Source: Octopus bimaculoides
Taxonomy: Eukaryota
Length of the DNA stretch: 64,000 bases
Direction: 5' to 3'
Assembly (NCBI RefSeq): GCF_001194135.2
Contig: NC_068982.1
Span: 192,237,158-192,301,157 of the forward strand
Shown: positions 46,611 through 60,525 of the stretch, in pieces
How the letters are laid out: each line of letters opens with the position of its first letter
How positions within the stretch are numbered: the stretch's first letter is position 1
Notes under the pieces: generated by a model
The model's database searches: none
The model's input: the letters and a program-made list of their open reading frames with translations, nothing else
What the model was told of the DNA's origin: nothing
Made by a program: the position numbers and the translations under genes

Positions 46611-49600
46611 TTGTTGTTAAGTCTTGCTGGAAGTTTATTTGCAGCTCTACACAATCCACAACCAACAACAACAAAACAATTATGCAATCACTACTCAACA
46701 TGCTAGAAACAGCAGCTAAATTTCCTTTGTATTATTCACTACTATTTTTAAAACGGGAAGAACTCACCAGGTACATATAGCCCTAAATACACTGGGTGGC
46801 CATATGTGGACTACCTTCAATTATAGATGATTGAAGGTATACTCGATCAAATCTGACCTGAGGCTAAATGACAACAAATCATTTGCACACAAAAGAGGAG
46901 ACACATCCCAGCTGTAAGTAAGATGAAAGTGATGAGAGAGAGGCATGGCTGTATGTGTAGATGAAAGAACACACACACCAAGTCAATGGCAAAAAAGTGA
47001 TGAGGAAGACCACTGCTGCTACTGTTAATGAATCAGATGCACCAGTGATTAGTCCAGGGTGATATTGGTGTTGGGTGTAACCATCAGTGAAATGAAACTG
47101 CTTTCTTTTTAGGTGGCAGGCTTGTATTATCTGGGAAAGAAAATGGGTTTTAGTGTCCCAAGTAATTATCGAGTCTTTTATAAGCTAACAAAAGCCCCTT
47201 TGTTTTGTCTTTCCACATTGCCTGTGCATAAAGTAACAGTGAATGCCGCATAAAGTGAAACTGGTATGGAGCTTTCTGAAAGACACGTATAGCTTTTGCA
47301 GGTGAAAGCAAAACTCTTATTTAAAGATTGGATCTTTGGGACAAATCATATGCGATAGTTCAAAAAAGGCTAGAAGCTCAATGCTAAAATGTATTTGAAA
47401 CAATGGAGAACAGTCGAAATATCATAATGGATGGGTAAATAAGCATCCTTAAAGTGAAAAAAAGCATTGGTGGGGCATCAACAAATAGAAGAGAGGGAAG
47501 GGAACATCACCTTTCAAGTAACTCGGAATAGGTAAAGGTAAGCTTGCCAAAGTTTAATGCAGATTGTTTGGTATTGGACAGTCATCGCTTACAGTGTTCC
47601 TAGTTAATTTAATCACAGTCACAGGTGGACAGTCAAAATAAATAGACAAAATCCTTTCACTTTTATAATATTCTCTAACCAAAACTCAAACAATACACAG
47701 CAATACACAATTACAACATATAAATAAATAATAAATCAAAAAAAGTGATAACCACTAAAAAAATATTCTCTAATGCTAAAAAAAGTATGGAAGACCCTAC
47801 ATACAAAAAACTATGTATAATGAATATGGAAAATCTTTTAAATTAACAAACATTTATTTACATGAGAGAAAATTACCAGAAACATAACACATGTGCTAAA
47901 AATAACAGCTAAATAAGAATATTTGGAGAAATCTTTTAAATTAACATAAACATTTATTTACGTGAAAACAAAATGACAGCTTTTAAATCTTGTTTCCTGA
48001 CTGGGTCACCACACAGGTGAACAGTCAAAGTAAATAAATAGACAAAATCCTTTTACTTTTATAAAAAGATTAAAAAAGTATGGAAGACTCTACATACAAA
48101 AAAACTATGTCCATTTACGTGGGAGTTCTGGGCAAAATGTTATAGTGCATGACCATCCTTGGGACATAAGTAATGTAGATGTAAAGTTTGGAGAAAATCA
48201 GTTGAGAATTGTGGAAATGTATGCATTAGTCATTATACACACACACACACACATACTGTGATTTATATATATGAGATGATAATGTATTCTTCAAAGAATG
48301 GGAAAATTATCTAAATACAAAGTGGAGAAATTAGAGATAATCCATTTGAAAATAGAACACATCCTTTTATTAATTGGTATCTTGTGAATAACTACAATGA
48401 AACCAAACCTTAACTGAAAGCCTAGAATTTCCAAATACATGCAACCAACAGAAAGTGACACTGCTAGGTACCACATATATGTAGAACACTTTGAACATCA
48501 CAGAAGCAATAAAAACCAAAGCAAAACACTGCACATAGAGTTACACTTGGTAGTGCAGTAAAAGGATGCCATAACAACAACAATAATGGTCTCAAATTCT
48601 AACTGGGCCCCACTTGCAAAGCCATGCGCTGTTTATCTTGATGAGATCACCATGTTGCACACATATGGTTGTGATGCATGTGCCTGGTGTACCCTTATCA
48701 GACGGGTAGTCATGATGGGTATACTGGGCTTTGTCTATTTTACCCCAGTGTCACTTTGATGACATGTGCTGCTCTTTCACTCAATAATAATAATAATAAT
48801 AATAACTCATGCCAGTATGGAAGACAGGCATTAAATGATGATGATGATTTGAATTCTTTGTCTAAACTCAGTATCGATGTGTGTGTGTACTCTACCAATG
48901 TATAAAGTGAGTTTCTCTGCCCTAGGTGTCAGGAAGACACTTGGCAAAAAATGGAAACAAAATTGAAAGAAAGTGATAATGATAATAATAATTTCCTCGA
49001 TTCAATAAGCTACATTAACTATCACATGATATGATTTCTATATAAAAACACAACATTTCTAATCAATGACGTCTAATCAATAAATGTTGATAAACTTTAA
49101 TCTTGAATTGAATAACTGATAACAAATTATAGTGATGGTGGTAGTGTTGAGGATTATAGTGATGATGATGATGGTAGCAGCAATGGTGCGGTGACTATGT
49201 TGATGCTAGGAGTGATGATGATGGTGCTAGTGGTGGTGGTGGTGGTAGAGATGTTTGTGCTGGATAGTGGTGAGTGATGATGGTGGTGATGGTGAATATG
49301 TTCACTGTGAAGGTAGTGATAATGATGAGGATGATGATGATGGTGGTGGTGGTGGTGGTGATGGTGATATCCTTCATTTTTTAAGATGGCAGTGTTATTT
49401 GTGGGCTATTTGGCTATTATTATTGGCAGCTCATATTGATTTGCATTACTTGACATTTGTCACTTGCAATATTTTCTCCATGTTCACACTTAAACCCCAT
49501 CTCCAATCCAACCCCCACCCTAATTACATTTAAATAAATTAACAAACGCAATTTCCTGAAGGTGAACTACACACACACACACACATCTCCTTAAGTGTCT

Positions 49601-49739
49601 TTAGAAATGATGTCAAGATTCATCCCAGATCTCATTCTAACCCCCACCACTTTACTTCATGTTTCCCCATCAGAAGTTGTACAACAACCCTAACAATCAC
49701 ACTAAACTGGGAGGATTTGCTAAAGTTGGGGACACCTCC

Positions 49740-49958
49740 TTAACCCTTTTGCTACCGTATTTACTTTGAGATGCTCTGTGTTTCTTTCAATTAATTTTAA
49801 ATATAACAAAGAATTTAGCAAAATAACTTCGTTATCATTAAGCTGGTGTTAGGAACATAAATTGCGACTAAGATTTGGTGGAAGATTTTAATTAAAAACT
49901 TATGAAAACAAGACATTTGTAAGCCAGAGGCAGTTTCAGCCGGTATTGAAAGGGTTAA
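49740..49958. mobile_element. piggyBac-type MITE (49744-49954) with TTAA target-site duplication
   Basis: TTAA|CCCTTTTGCTACC ... GGTATTGAAAGGG|TTAA. Confidence 0.8.
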
Positions 49959-50807
49959 AGACTAATTCTTCTAAGTCTCTGGCAAAGAAATGCATTTTAT
50001 TCTTTAGCAAGTATCAGCTGAAATGTTTTTGAGGGCAGCGACATTTGATGAAATAAATCCTATTTTACAAATGAAAATGAAAATATCTCCACTGCTGTCA
50101 CTATATTAGAGTAGAACCACACATATTTGTCCAACCAGTGATCCCTCTCCCTCTCCTTGGAACCATTTCTCTCCTGTACCACCAGCTGTCTTTCCCTTGA
50201 GCTACATCTTAGGACATCCTTTCATATCTACCATCAATGGCCCCCAACTTTTGTTTGTCTCTAAACCAACTCCCACACACCTCTCACCTCCGTCTCTCTC
50301 TCACCTCCATCTCTCTCTCACCTCCGCCTCTCTCTCACCTCCGTCTCTCTCTTTCAATTCTTCTCTCCACACATAATCTCTCTTTTTCTCATCTGTTTAC
50401 AGTTTTATTATACTTCACCTCTCACCCCCTTCCTTCCTTCCTTCCTTCCTCACCTTGCTCTCTCTCTCTCTCTCAAACTCATATTTCCCATTGACTCTAC
50501 CCATATTTCACCTCTACTCCCCTCTCACACTCTTCTAAACTTATCCCCTCACCCCTTTCTCCATATCCTCTCTCTCTGGTACTCACTTTATTGAACTTTG
50601 AGAGTACACTCTGACACTTCATCTTCTTTCCACCTACTCCCACCCACCCTTATATAAAACAGGGTAGCCATATCTATCCTGTAAAGCAAGACACCTATCT
50701 CCTGTCCCCCCTGTCGTACTTTAACCTCTCAAAGGCTGGCATAAAACCACCTCCTCCTCCTCAACTACACTCCCCCATAGTTGAAGGTTTTTTTCTTTAT
50801 CTTACAA

Positions 50808-50820
50808 GTTGCTAGGCAAC
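50808..50820. promoter_or_regulatory. Candidate RFX site GTTGCTAGGCAAC
   Basis: Perfect GTTGC-N3-GCAAC inverted half-sites. Confidence 0.4.
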
Positions 50821-52344
50821 GGAAACATCACCCAGTTCACTCTGTAAAATGATTAGTATTGGGAGGGGGGGGTACTTGACCCTAAAAACCAAAACAGAGA
50901 GTAGGGCTCAAGGCAGACCTCTGGGGCCTATTGGATGCTGTCAAACCATCCAACGCAAGCCAGCAATGGAAGACGGGCATTAAAAGATGGTGATGATGAT
51001 GATGATGGTTTGAATTCTTTGTTTAAATCCAACATGGCTATGAAATATGAAAGATAAGTGTCACTGAAACACAGCGGAGACAGTGGTGGGGGCTGTAAGG
51101 GTTCAGAGGCTGTAAAGGTCCAGGGGCTGTAAGGAGTTAGGAACATTTAACATCAAGTAGCTGAGAATAAACACCCCCACATCCTCCCTCTCTCTCTCTC
51201 TCTCTCTCCTTCTCCCCCCCCTCTCTCTCTTTCACCTTGTCTGTTTAAAGCTAACATCTCCTCGGATGACTCTGACTCGGGATACATTGTTTCTAATAAA
51301 AACACAGCCAAAAGTAAATCTAGGCTGTTCCCACAACAGAATTGAATTCAACCTTAATGTACATCTGGTATTTTATTCATCGGCCCCAGGAGAGGGACAG
51401 AAAACAAAGTCAGTTCAACTACTTCCAGTTTGCTGCCATTTGTTCATTAAAAAATTAATTTCATTTCCATTTTAGGTTTGACAAAAATATAATGAAACAA
51501 CTTTTCTGTTGTCTTTATTTCATGTTAGGTTGATGAGTCTCTTAAATTGATTCACCAACAAAATTAAACTGGAAAATATTAAAAAAATTTTTCTTGTTTT
51601 TTGTTTGTTTTTATATTTCTTAAAGTTTTATTTATTTTGTTACTATAATTTCTAGAAACTTCTACTGTGAAACAAATTAGACATTTCACTCATATTTTTT
51701 TAATTGTTTTTTAAAATAAATTTCAGTTTTTACAATCAACTTATAGCTTTTAGAATATAGATTAATTCTTACAGACATTATAATCATCATCACCGTCACT
51801 AGCAACATCATAACTTAGTATTTTATAAACAATTTCACCAAATACAATTTAATATACACTGTTGATTTTTTATCCTTTTTTAGCCTGTATGTAAAAATAC
51901 TTGATGGCAAAACAATTCTTCTCTGCTTCTCTTTCTCACATTAAGTCTTGGCAGTCCATCGATCTCTGATGAAGACGTAGTGTGTGGTGGGAACGCATGC
52001 GGCTCTGCGGTCCAAAGTATAGAGTAACAAATACATAAAGTATCAAAACTTGATACTCATCCACATAGTTTATCAAACATAGCAATTCTGAATCTAGGGT
52101 CTGAAAGAAAGCCGTGAGGTTAAGATGCTGGGTTACTCGTAACCCATCTGTGACTTGAAATTACTCATTTTGTTGTGACTGGGCAAGGGACATAACTCTG
52201 CCTCATCTAGTCTCCATGACTTGCAAACAAAGCAAGTTCAGATCTGAAATAAATGGTTTCAACAGAAAACAATAGCGTCAAAACATAGATGTAGTTGGAG
52301 AAATAACAGGGCAGAACCTGGCTGACAACGTGTTTTACTCCTAC

Positions 52345-54030
52345 ACCACCAGATAAGGGATTGGGGATCTGGTCCCTTATCTGGTGGTCAATGCAGAAAC
52401 AAGGGATGGATGAGTGATTGGTGAGAGCTGTACAAGCCATGTACAGGGATGCTGTCAGTAAGGTGAGGGTTGGCAATGAGTATAGTCAAGAATTCCAGGT
52501 AGAAGTAGGGGTTCAACAAGGATCAGTCCTCTGCCCCCTTTTATTCATCAAAGTCCTCCAGGCAATAACAGAGGAATTCAAGACGGGCTGCTCCTGGGAA
52601 CTCTTCTATGCTGATGACCTTGCTCTAACAGTTGAGTCACTACCAGAACTACAAGAAAATTTTCAGGCGTGGAAGCAAGGTCTAGAATCAAAGGGCTTTA
52701 GAGTGAATCTAGCAAAACCAAAGTCCTAGTAAGTAGGAAAGCAGACAAATCACAAATCCTTTCAAGTAGATGGCCCTGCTCAATCTGTAGGAAAGGTGTA
52801 AGTAGAAATTCCATAAGATGCACCAAGTGTAAGCTTTGGACACATACAAGGTGCAGCAATATCAAAGGAAGGTTAACTGGGAAAATAGTTTTTGTGTGTG
52901 GCAGATGCACTGGGGCAATAAACATCAAAGATGTACAGAAAACAGATTCCATCAGATGCCAGGGGAAAAACTAGAAATAGTTGATAGCTTCTGTTACCTA
53001 GGTGACCAAGTCTGTAGCGGGGGTGGTTGCACTGAAAGTGTAGCAACTAGAGTAAGAATAGCCTGGGCAAAGTTCAGGGAGTTCCTACCTCTGCTAGCAA
53101 CTAAAGGCCTCTTGCTCAGGATGAAAGGTAGACTGTATGATGCATGTGTGCGAACTGCCATGCTACACGGCAGTGAAACATGGGCCGTGACTGTGGAGGA
53201 CATGCGTAGGCTGGAAAGAAATGAAGCTGGCGTGATCCGCTGGATGTATAATGTCAGTGTGCACACACGAGAGAGTGTAAGTGCCCTGAGAGAAAAGTTG
53301 GGTATAAGAAGCATCGGATGTGGCATGCAAGAGAGACATTTGTGTTGGTATGGTCATGTACTATGGATGGACGCGGAGAGCTGTGTGAAGAAGTGCTACT
53401 CCCAAACAGTGGAAGGAATCCGGGGTAGAGGTAGACCCAGGAAGACATGGGATGAGGTGGTGAAGCATGACCTTCAAATTTTGGGCCTCAGAGAGGCAAT
53501 GACGATAGACCAAGATGTCTGGAGATATGCTGTGACTGCAAAGACCCGGCAAATAAAGTGAGTTTACAGCTGTAACCTACACCAGTGTTGCATAACCAGC
53601 CCCAGCCCACTCAAAAGTACCTTGAATCGTAGGGCAACATGCTGTGCTTGAAGAGACCTATTGAGTCAAGAACATCAACATCAAATGGAAATTGTAGTTG
53701 TGATCCCTCTGCTGGTGGCACATAAAAAGCACCATCCAAACATGGCAGATGCCAGCACCGCCTTGACTGGCTTCCGTGCCAGTGACACGTAAAAAGCACC
53801 AACTGATCGTGGTCATTGCCAGCCTCCTCTGGCCCCTGTGCTGATGGCACGTAAAAAGCACCTACTACACTCTGAGTGGTTGGCGTTAGGAAGGGCATCC
53901 AGCTGTAGAAACATTGCCAGATCAGACTGGAGCCTGGTGCAGCCTCCTGGCTTCCCAGACCCCAGTCAAACCATCCAACCCATGCCAGCATGGAAAATGG
54001 ACATTAAATGATGATGATGATGATGATGAA
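52345..54030 (+). mobile_element. RTE LINE 3' part (RT through 3' UTR and (GAT)n tail); longest copy in the window, frameshifted
   Basis: GVQQGSVLCPLLF, LFYADDLAL, VDSFCYLG, AMLHGSETWAVT, RGRPRKTWDEVVKHDL; stop at 53561, then UTR. Confidence 0.92.
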
Positions 54031-54756
54031 TTGTATGGGGGATAATAAGGAAAAGACAATAATAATGAAGAGAAAAAATGAATGACAGGGGATTATATGT
54101 GGAATGATAAAGGGAGTGAGAGGATTAAGTGAGGAGAAAAATATGAGAAAAAACGGGTAAGATGATAGGAAGACAAAAAGGAGTGTAACAGGATTATTAT
54201 GATGAAAAGACATAAAGTGAAATGGGAATATAATAGAAAAAAAAAAGGGCAGAATTATGAGGAAAATATGTGAAGGTAAAAGACAGACAATGGTGGGAGG
54301 GGTGGGAGGGGTGGGAGGCTAGATGGACTTGCATTAAAATTGTATATTTTAAATTTGACACATCTGGCCAAGAATGTAAGACCAGCTGAGCAACTGCACG
54401 TGTGCATGTGTGTGTGTAAGTGCACGATTTTCTTGTATGTGTGTGATATTTACATGTTTGTGTGTCAATGTGTATTTTTGTTTATGTGTAAATGAATGTG
54501 TGTATGAGAGAGAAAGCAAGAGGGAGAGAGAGAGTGTGTGTGTGTGTATGTGTCTGTGAGGTTCAATGCAAGTGTGTGCATGTGTACACACGTGTTTTGT
54601 GATTATAAAATATAGAGAGATGATAATACATAATCATGTGAGGTTGTGTGTGTGTTTGATACACACACATATATACTGTAAGTGTGTGACTTGTTTGTCT
54701 GAATGAGCATGTGAGTGTGTATGCATGTGTGAAACTGTGTGTGTGTGTGAAACTGT

Positions 54757-54759
<3 letters not shown>

Positions 54760-54802
<43 letters not shown>

Positions 54803-54941
54803 GTGCATCAATAAGCACATACATGCTGTATATTGAAATCCATGTGTGTGTTTGTATACATTTGTATGTGTCTCTGAGTAACTATTGTGAGATTGTGTGT
54901 GTGTACATGTTGTCTATGACTCATGTATGAATGTATATATC

Positions 54942-55012
<71 letters not shown>
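54760..55012. repeat. (GT)n microsatellite tracts
   Basis: Direct observation. Confidence 0.95.
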
Positions 55013-55014
<2 letters not shown>

Positions 55015-55984
55015 GCTTTTGAACTCTGTTTATAATGGTAAATGTCTGATGTAATGAGGGTAACAGTGTGTCACCAAACTTAATAGTAGTAGTAGTAGTA
55101 GTAGTAGAAGTAGTAGCAGCAGCAGTAGCAGCAGCTAGTTAGATTGATGTCACAGTTGCAGAGAATAGGCAGAGCAATTCTGACAACTGCAGACTTTACT
55201 GATTGCTTCACTCTGCAGGTAGACTTGTTGCAGTCCATTGCTGCACAATACACAGTAAAACATCTGCAAGTCTGTCGCAATTGCATTGATAATTCTTTCA
55301 GCAAGTTTACTTGACCAATCACTGATTCCACCACCACCACAAGAAAACCATACCAATGCAGCTCTTCCTACTTTTCCACACAAAATCACTGATTATACAT
55401 CTGGTTTAACACACACACACACACACGTCTACTCAACACACAGGAACTAGTGGTGCTCTGTTACACTGTGTTCTCTCCACTGCATCGTTTGCTGACATTA
55501 CAATGGCCTCTGCTCTTCTGAAACTGCTGGCCCCTACCCAAACCCATTCAATACCCCCTTCTCCTTTTCTCTTCTCTCCATATTGTCTACGTCTCTATTC
55601 CTGGTCCCATACTGACTACACATCAGAGACCTCGTCATTGTGAAACTTGTGTAAGGGCTACAAAACTGTTCCCCCCCTTCATCCCACTATCTTCCTAGGA
55701 CTCCACAATTATTCTTGTTCCTAAGACTACAAAGTACTAGAAAGGAAATTCCATCACTGACACCACCACCACCACCCCCCACACACACACACTTCTTTGC
55801 CTTTCTCTCACCAAATAATACTAAGATGATTCTCCAATGTTCTAATGTTCCTGAAACCAGACAATTAGTCTTCTATTCAAAAGAATATCCCAGCACTTAT
55901 TCTAACCTTACTCTAAGGAAGCTGAAAATGAGCCTAAGCCCTAGCCTCTCTCTAATCAGCAGAGATTTAATCAAGATTTGTCAA

Positions 55985-56870
55985 GAGTACTGGACTGAAT
56001 CACTACCAGAACTAGAGAAAAAAAGAATTTCATGTCTGGAATCAAAAGGCCTTAGAATTAATTTAGTGAACAGCAAAGCCTTAGCAAGTAGGAAAACAGA
56101 CAAATCACAAATCCTTTTGGGGAGATGGCCCTGCTTGATATGTAGAAAAAGTGTAGGTAGAAACTCTATAAGATGTTCCCAGTGTAAGCTATGGACACAT
56201 AAAAGGTGCAGCAATATCAAAGGCAGGTCTTTGTGTGTGGCAGATGTGTAGTTCACAATAAACACTAGGAATGTACAAAGAATAGACTTTGTCAAATGCC
56301 CAGGGGGATATTCAGAAGTGGTAGATAGCTTCTGTTACCTTGGTGACAATGTCAGCAATGGAGGAGGATGCTCTGAGAGCATAGCTCTCGAATAAGAACA
56401 GGCTGGGCAAAATTCAGAGAGCTGCTACTTTTGTTGGTAACGAAGTGTCTTTCCCTCAGAATGAAAGGCAGATTGTATGATGTGCAAACAGCCATGTTAT
56501 ATGGCAGTGAAATATGGGCTGTGACTACAGGGGCCATAATGAAGCCAGTATGCTTCACTAGATGTGCAATATCAGCATACAAGTGTCTTAAAAGAAAAAT
56601 TGAAGATAAGAGGCATCAGATGTGGTGTACAAGAGAGAAGACTGTGTTGGTATAGCTGTGTAATGCATATGGATGAGGACAGATGCATAAAGATTCTAAT
56701 CTCTAACTGTGGAGGATGAGGTGGTGAAATATGCTACAGATGGATGCCCTTCCTAATGCCAACCACTCCATGAGTGTAGTGGGTGCTTTTTATGTACCAC
56801 TGACATGGGAGCCAGTCAGGCAGCACTGGCATCGGCCACAACTACAATTTCCATTTGATTGTGATTTGAT
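55985..56870 (+). mobile_element. Decayed RTE RT C-terminal fragment ending in an inverted UTR piece (56735-56870)
   Basis: Homologous to 52630-53430. Confidence 0.8.
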
Positions 56871-57762
56871 TTTTGATAAAAGACCAACACAGAAAACACT
56901 TTGTGCAGTAAATAAATGTTCTGTTAATGTCCACAAGTGTTGTTTATTACTTCCACATGCAGCTCTAGAAATACATTTTCATTCACTTCAGCAAACATCA
57001 CACATGCTAGCAACATTGAGGTCTTTTATTTAAAAATTTGAAAGACATTAAAAATGGACAAATTGCAGGTAAGAAGGAATATTTTTATTGTTCTTCCAGT
57101 TGACTTTAGATTTCTCTTGTTCTCAACTACGAAATTTGTCAACCAAATCCCCAAATTCTGTATACTATCTGTATAGCTAATGAACTTCTTAAATGCATAT
57201 TTTCAGATAACAGGTGAATGGTTTAGTTCTAATTGTTTCATTTGCTCTTTCTATGTGATAGGTCAACTTCAAAGAGAAGAAATGAAGAAAGATATTAAAT
57301 AGTAACAAACTCAAGATCAAGAAACAGAAAGACATCATGCTGCAACTGAGAATGAGCCGTTTCTTTTGTTTGTGACCTGTGTGATTTTTGGCATCATTAG
57401 ATGCTACACTTCTATATTTTAACTTATTAGTGTTTCAGTGAAGACCCCATGTTGCAATCAACTCCCTAAAAACTTAATGATCTCCCCTTAACATTACACC
57501 ATGACACAGCAGACAATATAAATTTCTTGAATTATTTAAGACTGACTTATTTGCCACATGAATGCAAGGGTGGCTGTGTAATTAATAAGTTTGCTTTGCA
57601 ACCACATGGTTCCAAGTTCGAGTCTATGTACAAAACTTTGTCCAAGTAACTTCTATTTATAGCCTAAAGTTAACCAAAACTTTGAGTGAAATTCAGTAGA
57701 CATAAACTGTGTGAAAACCCATCATTTATATTTATGCATGTGTATGGATGTACCTTACCATA

Positions 57763-58520
57763 TACAGGGTGTTCAGACTGAATTTGACAATTTCTTATGT
57801 CACCTTTTTTGTTAGGAACAGCTGAGTGGCATTGGAGAACAGAAAAAGATTTTAAAGTGTTGTTGGGAAAAAAATTAGCTGGCATGGAGGACAGAAAGTT
57901 ATCTGAATATTGGAAAATATTCACCTGTATCATATTTGTGCCAGGTATCAAAATGCTGACACCATGACTACTGCTCAGCGCTCTGTGAACACTGAAAAGG
58001 CTGTCAGACGTGACATAGACTGCTGCAACAGTGACTAGGAAGCTGTGGCTAGCAGGAAGAGAAACAGCAGGCATTCTGCACACTAGAATTCATCCAAAAA
58101 CTGGTGAACAGGGCCTTATGCCCAATTCAGAGGTACCATGTGAAACTACCGGAGTCTGGTCAATCCCTGGCTGGAGAGGGTTGCTGCTGGAAGGCCATAG
58201 GGGTAGCAGCAGGACTCAGCTCCTTGCCATACTTCCAGAAAAAAAATTAGAAGTGATTGTTGGAGAATTTCTATGACTTTATCAGCGCTAATTTCTGGCT
58301 TTCTAAATTCCTCCGATTGCAATTCCATGGATGTGTGGGGTACAGTTGAGAAAGACATCAACCACTCTGCTTGCAATACCAAGGCTCAGCTGGTGGCCAA
58401 ATATCAAGATGTTCAAAGATCTTGCCAGACACAGTGAGAAACTCACATACTAGCTTCCAGTATCATCTTGAGGCCATTGTGGAAGCTGAGTGTGGCTACT
58501 TTGAGTAAACTTTTATCTCC
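57763..58520 (+). mobile_element. maT (DD37D-like) Tc1/mariner transposon relic, internally deleted
   Basis: TA|CAGGGTG terminus; QQDSAPCHTSRK...ENFYDFISANFW..NSSDCNSMD.WGTVEKD..NTKAQL with stops and frameshifts; 37-38 residues between the second and third catalytic D. Confidence 0.75.
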
Positions 58521-60074
58521 CAGCCATTATCTAGTTGATATTTTTAAATGTTTTTTTTTTTTAAAAACTAAGATTATGCAGAGTGAAAACTCTCTCTACT
58601 AATACAATATGTTGTAAACTTAAGATTGAAAGGCAAAATTGAGCTTGGTGGAATTTTCACTCTGATCATAAAGAGCTGGGAGAAATGTCATTAAAGTTTT
58701 GTCCAACACACTAACAATTTTAGTGGTGGTGGTGGAGAAGATAATGATGATGATGAATATTTTGAAGATAAAATTATTAACTTATCAAGATGAAGTATAA
58801 AATCAGGATACAGAGTAGGAAGAAATAAAGTGATTGCTGAACAAAGACTCCAGCCGTGACCATCCTGTCATATTAGGAGTAAGTAGGATTATATTATTTA
58901 ATGTCTTTTTAGAGAGTCAAATAAGTTTTCAGCGAGATTTAGCTGTTTTGTCTAACACAGCCAGTGACCACCAAGTGGCTTCTGTTCTGTAAAGTTTCTG
59001 GCACCTAAATTTTACTAACACTGCTTTTATTAACTTGAAGGTGTAGTAAAAGATTGTTACCGACACTGCTGTACACTGCACACTAGAATTCATCCAAAAA
59101 AATGATGAAAATGACAAAACTCCTTGCAGTGGCCATGAATACTCCACACTCACCTGGCCACCTTCTCACCACCAATGTTTTTAATTCATTTTGTTATTTT
59201 GCAGCTTTTCTTCACATTTACTGTTCAAAGACTCAGGTATTGTCCACATCAGGGTAGTATTGAACTTCCAGCCTTGTGATTGAGAGTTTATACTTTATCT
59301 GTGGTACTGCCTAGTGGCCTTATGGTTAGGGTGTTGCACTCACAAGTGTCAGATCGTGGGTTTGATTCCCAGACTGGGTGGGTTGTTTTGTTCAAGCAAA
59401 ATGCTTCATTCCATGTTACTGTAGTGCTGTGGGGGTTAGGACCAGCATGTCAAAGATAAGACCCAACGAATTCTGCTGTGTGTTGTTGTAAAAGGGGACT
59501 AAAAGGGGTTGAGATTGAGGATTTGCACTCCAACCTTGTAAAACCTTCACCAGCAACAACTACCCAAACCTACCCATGGGTTGGAGGGTTGTTGCTTGAA
59601 TGGTGCAGAGGCATCGTTCGCCAGGAGTCGAAAGGGAATCACTAACAAATGGTAGATGCAGTGACACACTCTTACAACACATGCCCCACACACACACACA
59701 CACACACCACACCACTGCCCATGATATTAAACTCTGAGTAACAACAGCCCACAAAGAACGAATATCAGGAGAGCTACCAGCCTTGCCAAGACATTCACTC
59801 CATAATCACTGATCATCAGGCATGACTTTATATTGGTTAGACTCCCTACCATCATCCTTATCACCCCCCCCCCTCGTCCTCTCTCTCTCTCTCCCCCTGC
59901 ATCACAATGCCCTTAATTTAGGAATTCATTTCCTCTCCACCATCCACCATCGTCCTCTGGTGTTAACCATCACTTCACCCACTCCATAATGATTGACAAC
60001 CATCACTCCTCACTTGCTGCTGCCTGTTTCCATCAGTCACTCTCCCCCTCACCACTAAACAGGAAGTTGCCACC

Positions 60075-60090
60075 ACTCTCTCTCTCTCTC

Positions 60091-60121
<31 letters not shown>

Positions 60122-60152
60122 CATTTCATCTTTCCCTCTTCCACTCTCTCTC

Positions 60153-60190
<38 letters not shown>

Positions 60191-60195
60191 CCTCT
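60075..60195. repeat. (CT)n microsatellite
   Basis: Direct observation. Confidence 0.95.
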
Positions 60196-60525
60196 CTCAC
60201 CTACAAACCTCTGCTGTTTATTCTCCAAACACTTTCACAGCGGTTACTCTCTCTTCTAAGAACCCCCATCCCAACAAATTTGTTCTTCCTCTTCACAATT
60301 CTTTCACTATCCTATCCTCTTTTACCATCTCTTTTCACTATATTATCCTCTTACATGGACCCCCCCCCCATAGCCATTTGAAGTTTCAAAAGAGATTCAT
60401 TATATTTTTAATCAAATATTATTTACGAATTGTGTAAAAAAAAAAAAAAGATTAATGAAATATTCTGTGCATTGTAGAATTACAGCTGATTTATTACACA
60501 TGTAACTTTTTAAAACAAAAACTTA

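Noticed and set aside
46770-46865. Minus-strand exon with good TAG acceptor and GTGAGT donor
   Set aside because: Lies inside the (AAC)n-tailed interspersed repeat; no independent support.
59205-59236. 32-nt plus-strand exon (strong acceptor, GTATTG donor)
   Set aside because: Isolated, not frame-symmetric, and no neighbouring exons found.
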